Shown piece by piece: positions 26,219 to 33,731 of a stretch of 41,474 nt of DNA. The notes below the pieces were generated by a model. The model had not been told where the DNA came from. It worked only from the letters and a program-made list of their open reading frames with translations, and searched no databases. Both the position numbers and the translations under genes were made by a program. Origin of the DNA: Tepidiformales bacterium (lineage in GTDB: Bacteria > Chloroflexota > Dehalococcoidia > Tepidiformales > Tepidiformaceae); assembly GCA_038256595.1 (NCBI GenBank), contig JBBSKE010000001.1:1-41474 (forward strand). Reading direction: 5' to 3'. Each line of letters opens with the position of its first letter. The stretch's first letter is position 1.

Positions 26219-27870
26219 CGGTCGGTCTCCGGGGTAAACAGGTGGGCCGGCATGACGATGCCGTGCATCTGGAATCGCTCCAGGAACCCTGGTCGAACGC
26301 CGGTCGGGACCATCTTGCCAACCACCTTGCCGTTGTCATCCACGTGGTCGAGCTTGAACAGGAAGATGTCCTGGAGGGTGATCGTCTCGCCTTCCATGCC
26401 GCTCACTTCGGTCACGTGCGTCAGCTTGCGCGAGCCATCCTGCAGGCGGGAAACCTGGATAAAGACGTTGATGGCCGAGGCCACCTGTTCGCGAATGGCG
26501 CGCGCCGGCAGGTCCATGCCGGCCATCAGCACCATGTTTTCGAGGCGGGAGATGGCGTCGCGTGGGGTGTTGGCGTGGATCGTCGAAATCGAACCATCGT
26601 GACCCGTGTTCATGGCCTGGAGCATGTCGAAACACTCCTCGCCTCGAACTTCGCCGACGATGATCCGGTCCGGGCGCATGCGCAGGCAGTTCCTCACGAG
26701 GTCGCGCTGCTTGATCTGATTGCGGCCGTCCATGCTCGCCGGGCGCGCTTCCAGGGTGATCACGTGCTCCTGCTGGAGCCGGAGTTCCGAGGGGTCCTCC
26801 ACCGTGATGATGCGCTCGGTATTCGGGATAAACGCGGAAAGCGCGTTCAGCATGGTCGTCTTACCGGAGCCAGTACCGCCGCTGATGATGATGTTGAGGT
26901 GGGCGCGAACGCACATCGCCAGGAATTCGGCCGTCGACTCGCTGAGGGCGCCTACGGCGATCAGGTCCGCCATCTTCATCTTGTCTGAGCGGAACTTTCG
27001 GATGGTGATGCTGGGCGCCTTCGGTGAGGCTGGCGGAATGGTGATGTTTACGCGGGAGCCGTCCGGCAGGCGGGCATCGACCATCGGGCTGGATTCGTCG
27101 ATTCGACGGCCGATTGGGGCGACGATGCGTTCGATGATGCGCATCACGTGCGCCTTATCGCGAAAGCGGGCTGCCGTGCGATAGATGCGGCCGTCCCGCT
27201 CGTAGAAGATCCGGTCGATGTCGTTGACCATGACTTCCGAAATGTTCGGGTCGCGCAGGAGTGGTTCGAGTGGGCCCAGGCCAAGCACTTCGTCGGCGAC
27301 GGATTCAATGAGTTCGTCTCGGTTCGAACCGCTGATCTGGATCCCTTCCTGGAGGATGAGTTCTTTGGCGGCGCGGGTGACCGCGTCGCGCTGCTGGTCC
27401 GGCGGGAGGCCGTCAAGCGAACCGTGCTCGAGCTCTTCGATGAGTAGCTCGTGGAGGCGAAGCTTTGCCGCATCCAGAGCCGGGTTGCCGCGGGAGACTC
27501 CGCCAACTTCGGCGACGCGTTCCGCTGTCCTCCGCCGGGCGATGGGCTCGGGGAGTGCGGGGCTGTTGGTGGGTGCGCTGGGAGCGGCTGGCGCTGTCCC
27601 CCCGACGCGGGCCAGGCCATCATCGCCCACGCCCCAGCGCCCGGGGACGCCGGGCATCTGGCGCGATGGCCGAAGTGGGCTCGGCGCGTTGTTCCCGGGA
27701 GCGGGCGCGGCCGGTGCAGCGGGCTGGACAGCGGGTTGGGCAGCCGGCATCGGGGCGCGGTTTGCGGGTGGTGTGCCCGTATCCCCGGCCATCCGCCGCC
27801 GCGCGCCTGACCATCCAAAAGGACGGTCGTCCGCTGGAGGTCCGTTCCTGGTAGTGCCGTCGTCGGACAT
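26215..27870 (-). CDS. cpaF: CpaF/TadA-family pilus assembly ATPase with Pro/Ala-rich N-terminal extension
   Basis: 551 aa. Walker A is [40 protein letters not shown] (Walker B region) and [12 protein letters not shown] (His box) are also present. The first ~130 aa are low-complexity P/A/G-rich. Confidence 0.9.
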   Translation of the reverse strand: MSDDGTTRNGPPADDRPFGWSGARRRMAGDTGTPPANRAPMPAAQPAVQPAAPAAPAPGNNAPSPLRPSRQMPGVPGRWGVGDDGLARVGGTAPAAPSAPTNSPALPEPIARRRTAERVAEVGGVSRGNPALDAAKLRLHELLIEELEHGSLDGLPPDQQRDAVTRAAKELILQEGIQISGSNRDELIESVADEVLGLGPLEPLLRDPNISEVMVNDIDRIFYERDGRIYRTAARFRDKAHVMRIIERIVAPIGRRIDESSPMVDARLPDGSRVNITIPPASPKAPSITIRKFRSDKMKMADLIAVGALSESTAEFLAMCVRAHLNIIISGGTGSGKTTMLNALSAFIPNTERIITVEDPSELRLQQEHVITLEARPASMDGRNQIKQRDLVRNCLRMRPDRIIVGEVRGEECFDMLQAMNTGHDGSISTIHANTPRDAISRLENMVLMAGMDLPARAIREQVASAINVFIQVSRLQDGSRKLTHVTEVSGMEGETITLQDIFLFKLDHVDDNGKVVGKMVPTGVRPGFLERFQMHGIVMPAHLFTPETDR

Positions 27871-27901
27871 TGGTGTAGCTCCCTTATCTCTTCAGAACGG
27901 A

Positions 27902-29125
27902 TTAGGCGGACTTGCGGAACAGGGGCCGCATGAGCTTGCCCAGGCCGCCGCCAGTTTTCTTTGCCTTGGTGGTGGATTTCACGCCGGCGAGCGAGCGGGC
28001 CATCGCGCAGATTTCAATCGAAACCCGGCTGGACGGCTTGCTCATCACAATCGGGCGGCCCAGCTGGGCTGCCTTCACGACGTCGTTGTCCTGCGGAATG
28101 CGCCACCAGAGCGGCGAATCCAGCGTGCGCTCGACGTCCTTTTCGCGAACACCGGTGTCGATCCCGGCGCGGTTGAGGACCACCTTGATCCGCTCGTCGT
28201 CGTTGCCGAACCGCTCGTGCAGCATTTCGAGCGCGAGGACGGTGTCCTTGATGCTCGCCATGTCCAACGTCGTCACCAGCAGAATCATCGTGCCGACTTC
28301 GATGGCCGCCGCGACGATTTCGTTGAACGTGCCCGGCGTGTCGAGAATCACGAAGTCGTGGGTCTGCGCGAGAACATCGACGACATCGCGGATGTGCGCC
28401 GAACTGAGGTTGCGCCAGTCGCTTGGGCGAGTCGGCGCGGGCAGGATGCGGACGCCGGATTCGTGTTCGACCAGGTAGTCGCGCAGTGAATTGCGATCGA
28501 CGTTGTCCAGGTTGCGGGCGAGGTCGGCGATGGAGCGCTCCACGGGGATGTCCATCGTGATAGCCACGTCGCCGAAGCGCGTGTCCATGTCCACCAGGCA
28601 AACCGACTGCTGGGCTTCCTGGGCGAGGGCGACGGCGAGGTTCGAGGAGATGGTCGTCTTACCGATGCCACCCTTCGCGCCGAAGACCGTGATGATCGTG
28701 CCCTGTGGTACGGGGGCATCCAGCTCGCCAAGGCGGCGGAGACGCTCGCGGTCGCGGCGCTCGAGGGCTCGAGTGATCGACTGTTCGAGCTCCGATTCCT
28801 GCAGCGGCTCCTGGAGGTAGTCCCACGCACCGGCAACCATCGTCTGGCGCATGATGCGAATGTTCGCTTCGGTCGAGAAAACGATGACCGGGAGGTCCGG
28901 CATCGCGTCGTTTATTCGCGAGAGCGTCTGGATCGGCCGGACCAAGGGCTCTTCCACGCGCATGAGGATGACGTCCGGGTTGTACTGGTGCGCAAGCGAG
29001 AATCCTTCGACGCCATAACCGGCGCTGGCGACCATCTGGAAGCCGAGCATGCCAATCATCTTCTGGATTTCCGCGACGCTTTCCCGGTCTGGGTCAATTA
29101 CGATGACCTGCGGTGCCTTCGCCAT
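27902..29125 (-). CDS. cpaE: CpaE/TadZ-like pilus localisation ATPase: N-terminal receiver-like domain + ParA/MinD-type ATPase
   Basis: 407 aa. The N-terminus has a CheY-like pattern (QVIVIDPDRES.. PDVILMRVEEP.. VIVFST..). The deviant Walker A is VFGAKGGIGKTTISSNLA, and the Walker B-like segment is FVILDTPG. Confidence 0.85.
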   Translation of the reverse strand: MAKAPQVIVIDPDRESVAEIQKMIGMLGFQMVASAGYGVEGFSLAHQYNPDVILMRVEEPLVRPIQTLSRINDAMPDLPVIVFSTEANIRIMRQTMVAGAWDYLQEPLQESELEQSITRALERRDRERLRRLGELDAPVPQGTIITVFGAKGGIGKTTISSNLAVALAQEAQQSVCLVDMDTRFGDVAITMDIPVERSIADLARNLDNVDRNSLRDYLVEHESGVRILPAPTRPSDWRNLSSAHIRDVVDVLAQTHDFVILDTPGTFNEIVAAAIEVGTMILLVTTLDMASIKDTVLALEMLHERFGNDDERIKVVLNRAGIDTGVREKDVERTLDSPLWWRIPQDNDVVKAAQLGRPIVMSKPSSRVSIEICAMARSLAGVKSTTKAKKTGGGLGKLMRPLFRKSA

Positions 29126-29202
29126 GTTGTTTGTCCTCCACGTGGGGCGGCCGCCTGGCCGCCGGGATCGTCATTCGATATGCCGCCGGGAGTTTCCGGG
29201 GC

Positions 29203-30162
29203 TTAGTTGCCTAGGAACATGTCCTCGAAGCTCCAGCTGGTCGTGCCGCTGACCTTCGAGGTGTCACCCTTCTGGCGGGTGACGATGCGGTACTGGCCGA
29301 TCTCATCCTTCATTGCGTCGAGGATGAGCACCTGGGCCGCCACATCCGGCGGAAGCGCCAGCGTGATAGAAATCGCCGTCTCGTAGTGCGGAGCTTCGTC
29401 GCCGGGCTTCGCTTTCGGGTCGGTAATCTGGGCGCTGGTGCCATTCGTACCGGTAGTGCCACCGGTCGCCGAGTCCGTGGTAGTGGTCGTCGTGCTGCCT
29501 TCGTTGCCCGTGATCGGGACGGTGACGAGCTTGCCATCGACACCCGGGATGACCTTCACGGTCGTCTGGGCGAAGGCGAGGACTTCGACGTCCTGCGTGA
29601 GGAACCAGGCGACCACATTCGGCTTCTCTTCGCCGGTGAGCGGGTCGGTCTTCATCGTCGTTGTGACGCCCAGGACATCGACGCGGTCGCCCGGCTGCAC
29701 GAGGCCGGCGTTTGCCCACGCCTCATGTGGAATCTGCAGGGAAAGGGCGCGAGTGCCGTCCGGCACCTTGTAGGCGAGAGTGTTCTGGCCGACGAAGGTG
29801 GTGACCTTCGAAGCGATAACCTGTTCGCCCGCATACATTGGGGCGACAGCGACCTTGCCAACCAGGTCGTCCGGTGTGGTCACGCGGCCAGCGAGCAGCG
29901 CAGAGGCCGCAACCGGCTTCGTGGTCAGCATATCGGCCGTGATCTTCTCCCCGACGGGGATGTCACGCGCGACAACGACCACGGATTCGGCGCCGCCGGC
30001 CGTCGTCAGAGCGGCCTCCAGGTCGGAGCCGTCACTCCCACGGCTATTCAAGAAGGCGAACATGAGCGCCCCGCTGAGGACGGCGCAGACTGCTGCGATG
30101 AGCAACACTGCGCGGTTCCGGCTGCTGCCAGAAACTGCTGAAAGGGAAAGTGGACTTGCCAT
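29203..30162 (-). CDS. cpaB: Flp pilus assembly protein CpaB/RcpC (SAF-domain)
   Basis: ORF 29203..30186(-). It has an N-terminal TM (AVLLIAAVCAVLSGALMFAFL) and a SAF-like segment VVVARDIPVGEKITADMLT. A Thr/Gly-rich insert sits near the C-terminus. The start is ambiguous (GTG 30186, ATG 30180 or ATG 30162). Confidence 0.75.
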   Translation of the reverse strand: MASPLSLSAVSGSSRNRAVLLIAAVCAVLSGALMFAFLNSRGSDGSDLEAALTTAGGAESVVVVARDIPVGEKITADMLTTKPVAASALLAGRVTTPDDLVGKVAVAPMYAGEQVIASKVTTFVGQNTLAYKVPDGTRALSLQIPHEAWANAGLVQPGDRVDVLGVTTTMKTDPLTGEEKPNVVAWFLTQDVEVLAFAQTTVKVIPGVDGKLVTVPITGNEGSTTTTTTDSATGGTTGTNGTSAQITDPKAKPGDEAPHYETAISITLALPPDVAAQVLILDAMKDEIGQYRIVTRQKGDTSKVSGTTSWSFEDMFLGN

Positions 30163-30252
30163 GCGTGTGAAGACCTCCATTGTCACTATCGACGCTTACC
30201 GGGCCTGCTACAGGGTCCCGGCCTCGAGCAGGGGGTTGTGTAGCCATTCCTC

Positions 30253-30283
30253 AGGGAATTCCCTTGGATGGGGTGGCCACCCC
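30253..30283. promoter_or_regulatory. two adjacent perfect palindromes upstream of cpaB (candidate operator or 5'-UTR hairpins)
   Basis: AGGGAATTCCCT (30253-30264, 12 bp) and GGGGTGGCCACCCC (30270-30283, 14 bp) are separated by 5 bp. They lie about 70-120 bp upstream of the cpaB start candidates. Confidence 0.3.
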
Positions 30284-30606
30284 GCAGCGCCTGTTCACGT
30301 GAGCAAACGAGGCCTTGCTCTCTAACCATCGGCAGCATCAGCGCCGCGTTCAGCGTGATCTGCGAAATTGTTCCTGCGGGCCTGCGCAATGCCTTGGAAG
30401 TGCGACCCGCATGCGTCTCTGCCATGGTCAGGGCGCAGCGAGACGAGCCTTGAGATAAAGAGAAGAGCCCCATTGCAATGCAAAGGAGCTCTCTTCATGA
30501 GTTCGCGCCGCGAAGCCCGCCCGCACGATCGGCGGACGGTGAGCCGGGGCCGAATCGGGCCGATGTAGAGACAAATCAACGCTCCGTCCCCGTCGGGCCA
30601 GCACGG

Positions 30607-31569
30607 CTACTGGGAGAGGCCAAAGCTCTTTGTTGTATAGGTAATCGACCCCGGGGGAAGCGATGATCCGCCGGTGCTCCAGCCTGTCGGCGGCTCTGTA
30701 ATGGACGCTGGACTCTGCAGCGTGCCCGTGCAGTGCTGCTTGGTGCAGCCCGAATCCACTTTCAAAATAGCCCAGGCGGCGATCCGGAAGGTCCGGCTGT
30801 TCGAATTCCCGCTCGCCCGATCCACGATCGGGATCACGATGATGCTGCCAACGGCGGGCGCCGTCACACTGCCGAGACCGCCCACCGAGACAAACTCCCC
30901 GATATCACTCACGTCCGCGCCGTTGCCGTGGTCGATATCGCCCTTGAAGTTATTGCTATCGTTTGCCGTCCAGTCCGGCGTCGTTGGCGTGCCGCTTTCG
31001 TCCATCCAGCCGGTATCCAGGAAGGTGTAGGAGCGGCCGACGCAGGTGTGCAATGGACAGTGTTGATCCCCGGCATGCACTTCGTCCTCGCGTGTCCCGC
31101 CCCAGATGACGAACGGCGCGACGCTTGACCATGAGTACCCGGTGATCGGCAAGGAGACGGCGCGCGCCGTGGCAGTCGCCGTGATATCCCACGAGTCGAG
31201 TCCCAGCACTTGCGCGAACCAGGTATCGATCTCGGCCGTCCCGGCAACGGTTATGGTGTTGGTAGAGGTGCCGATGGTGTACGACTTCGTGATGCCGGCA
31301 GAATTGCCGGCGGCTTGGATCCGGTCATCGTTGAGGTCCCAATAGAGGTCGGCTTTCGCGCCTGCCAGGGCCGTATTCGGCAGATCCTGCGCGCCGGCGA
31401 GAGCCGCGGCATCCACTGCCGCCTGGAGCTGGGTTTTCGCCCAGTAGGCTCGTCCCACATCCACGGACATCGCGGTCGCGGCGACCACCACGACCATGGC
31501 AAACGCCATGAGCACCAGGGCCTGCCCCTCTTCCCGGTCGCGGCAAAGTCGTACGAGTGTGGCTTTCAT
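30607..31569 (-). CDS. TadG-like pilus assembly protein (TadE/G-like N-terminal domain), paralog 1
   Basis: 320 aa. The N-terminus EEGQALVLMAFAMVVVVAATAMSVDVGRAYWAKTQLQAAVDAAALAGA is the hallmark of the Tad_N/TadG N-terminal family. The C-terminal ~180 aa contain 4 Cys. Confidence 0.75.
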   Translation of the reverse strand: MKATLVRLCRDREEGQALVLMAFAMVVVVAATAMSVDVGRAYWAKTQLQAAVDAAALAGAQDLPNTALAGAKADLYWDLNDDRIQAAGNSAGITKSYTIGTSTNTITVAGTAEIDTWFAQVLGLDSWDITATATARAVSLPITGYSWSSVAPFVIWGGTREDEVHAGDQHCPLHTCVGRSYTFLDTGWMDESGTPTTPDWTANDSNNFKGDIDHGNGADVSDIGEFVSVGGLGSVTAPAVGSIIVIPIVDRASGNSNSRTFRIAAWAILKVDSGCTKQHCTGTLQSPASITEPPTGWSTGGSSLPPGSITYTTKSFGLSQ

Positions 31570-31903
31570 AATTCTCTCTCTTCAGCTCGACGCGCCGGTG
31601 GTGGCGATTCGTGGTGATTTGACTATCGGTCCTGGTGTCAGCTGCTTCTAGAGGGAACCGCTTTTCTCCACTGGTTGTTCACCGCGGCTAACATCAATAT
31701 TTCTGACAGCATCCAGGTTGCCATCGCGTATCTTCGCTCGGAAGACCAGCGACGCCCCCATCCCGGGCCACGAGAGGGAGGCGTCACAATTACGCGTCGG
31801 GGAGCCGACCGGCAGGCTGATTGCGATCTGGCGAGTAACCTCAGAGCTATGAGTTGCCGCGTGCCGTTCCTCTCGCTCGTCGGTCTGGCGCAAAGCAGGT
31901 CCG

Positions 31904-32878
31904 TCAGTTAGTTAGCGAGACAGAGGAGATCGTCGGATAGCCGCCGCCCGCCTGGTAGCCGCCACCAACGCCCTTCGATGTCAGGAAATTACCGACAATA
32001 TCGCCTTTAAAGTCTCCATTCGAACTGCCTGGGTCTACCGTCAACTTCAATGCAACCCACCCGACGATCGTCAGCTGCATCGTGCCGCAGTTGCTCGTGC
32101 ACTGTCCCTGGCTAATGACTGGCAGGATGATCGGCTTTCCGCTCACGAAATGCTCATGGAGGCTATCGATCGGCTGCTGTCCCGTGGCATTGCCACCGAA
32201 AGAATATTGCGAATACGGATCTGCCTGGTAGACATTGCCGCTCTGGCCGACGTTAAAAAAGCCCTTGAAGTCATTGCCTGTGACCGACCAAGTCCCGTCG
32301 TTCTTTTTCGCCTGGTCGATTTGGTTGCCCCAATGGTTGGAGCGATATGTCTTCGATTCTCCCTCGCAGATGCCATACGGCTTCGTGCAGCTCCCATACG
32401 AACTGTTTCCGCCCCACACTGCGTAGGGAAAGACGTCGTCGTTATCGAAGGAAAAGCCGGTAACGGTCATGATCCGCGCGGAGGCATCGGCAGATACATG
32501 CCAGGATTTAATGCCGAAGACGCGTGCGAACCACGTATCGATATCAACGGAACCTTGCACCGTGATGGAGCTGGTACTTCCGACGCTATAAGACTTCACG
32601 ATGGCCACATTGCTGCCTGCGGCTTCGAGAGAATTGTTATTCAGGTCCCAATAGCTGTCCGCGTACCCACCTGCGGTTGCCGTATTCGGCAGCCCCTGGG
32701 CACCGGCCAGGGCCGCCGCATCGACTGCCGCCTGCATTTGCGTCTTCGCCCAGTAGGCCCGGCCGACATCAACGGACATGCCGGTCGCCCCCAGGACGAC
32801 AACCAGGGCGAAAGCGAGCAGGACCAGCGATTGGCCCTCTTCTCCCCGTCCCGCAAGGCGCTTCATTCTATTCAACAT
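31904..32878 (-). CDS. TadG-like pilus assembly protein, paralog 2
   Basis: ORF 31904..32920(-). The N-terminus EEGQSLVLLAFALVVVLGATGMSVDVGRAYWAKTQMQAAVDAAALAGA is nearly identical to paralog 1. The start is at ATG 32878 (MLNRMKRL..), with GAAGGAGG 8 nt upstream. Confidence 0.75.
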   Translation of the reverse strand: MLNRMKRLAGRGEEGQSLVLLAFALVVVLGATGMSVDVGRAYWAKTQMQAAVDAAALAGAQGLPNTATAGGYADSYWDLNNNSLEAAGSNVAIVKSYSVGSTSSITVQGSVDIDTWFARVFGIKSWHVSADASARIMTVTGFSFDNDDVFPYAVWGGNSSYGSCTKPYGICEGESKTYRSNHWGNQIDQAKKNDGTWSVTGNDFKGFFNVGQSGNVYQADPYSQYSFGGNATGQQPIDSLHEHFVSGKPIILPVISQGQCTSNCGTMQLTIVGWVALKLTVDPGSSNGDFKGDIVGNFLTSKGVGGGYQAGGGYPTISSVSLTN

Positions 32879-33119
32879 GGTCCATGCCTCCTTCGGCCGC
32901 AGCCTCCAGGCCTCCGCCATACTCGGGTCGCGCGATTATTAGTTACCGGGAAATACGGCTCGTTTGTATCGGAACGATAGGCACGCCGCGCGCCATGCAG
33001 GGGGAATTCGCGTGTATCTTCGGTATCCGCCGTCCGTCGCGTTTCAGTAGTCTCGCGATTCGCAATTCCGGTGAACCGCTCGTGTACATTCAGACGACGG
33101 CAACGTCCTCCCGGCGACG

Positions 33120-33731
33120 GTGATCACGATGCGGAAAGCAGACGTAAACTTGGATGTGAACGAACTCACTCTCGCCGAGGACACGGACCTCATTGCCGAA
33201 ATCGCCAGGGGCAAGCAGCAGGCGGTTAGCGTTCTTTACGACCGCTACCATCGCCAGTGCTACTCCTTCGCTCTTCGAATACTCGGCGGTGAGCAGGACG
33301 CCGAAGAGGCCGTCCAGGAAACATTTGTCCGCGTCTGGCGAAGCGCCGTGCAGTACGACTCGGCGAAGGCCGGCGTCGGCAGCTGGGTGCTTTCGATAAC
33401 GCGGAACCTCTGCATTGATGAGATTCGCCGCCGCCGCCGCCGCGTCCCCGAGATACCGACGCTCGATGGCGCGCTCGAAAAAGCCGGCCCCGAGCGGACG
33501 GACCTCGAAGCCGAGCGCAACGTCATCGGCGAACAGGTTCGGACAGCCTTACAGGCGCTCTCGCCCGAACAACGCAGCGCCGTTCAGATGGTGTATTTTC
33601 ATGGTCTATCCAGCCAGGAAGTGGGCCAGATCCTGGGTGTCCCGGCACCGACCGTTCGCAGCCGCCTGCGCCTCGGCCTTCTCAAACTCGGCGGCATCCT
33701 ACAGGCACAGGGGTTGATATCCATTGACTGA
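33120..33731 (+). CDS. ECF-subfamily RNA polymerase sigma factor
   Basis: 203 aa. Region 2 reads DAEEAVQETFVRVWRSAVQYD and the region-4 HTH reads LSSQEVGQILGVPAPTVRSRLRLGL. The track start is GTG 33120, with an alternative ATG at 33129. Confidence 0.85.
   Translation: MITMRKADVNLDVNELTLAEDTDLIAEIARGKQQAVSVLYDRYHRQCYSFALRILGGEQDAEEAVQETFVRVWRSAVQYDSAKAGVGSWVLSITRNLCIDEIRRRRRRVPEIPTLDGALEKAGPERTDLEAERNVIGEQVRTALQALSPEQRSAVQMVYFHGLSSQEVGQILGVPAPTVRSRLRLGLLKLGGILQAQGLISID

Noticed and set aside
30497-30568. 23-codon plus-strand ORF MSSRREARPHDRRTVSRGRIGPM with a strong AAGGAG SD 8 nt upstream
   Set aside because: The SD-like AAGGAG is part of the hairpin/palindrome structure. The peptide is Arg-rich with no hydrophobic core, and it is on the strand opposite all neighbouring genes. 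It is most likely fortuitous, and I mention it only so it can be checked by Ribo-seq.
30186-30579. Candidate Flp pilin among small ORFs in the cpaB-upstream spacer (30186..30473-, 30322..30579-, 30268..30453+)
   Set aside because: None has a hydrophobic helix preceded by a Gly cleavage site or the E-Y motif. All are Arg/Cys/Gly-rich and none has an SD. I also checked the third minus frame by hand and found only short stop-interrupted stretches.
30187-30606. c-di-GMP (GEMM-I) riboswitch upstream of cpaB
   Set aside because: I compared the minus-strand leader by eye with the conserved GEMM-I elements I remember (..ACGCACAGGGCAAACC.., ..GGGACGCAAAGCC..) and found no convincing match. I left it as an open cmscan check rather than a call.
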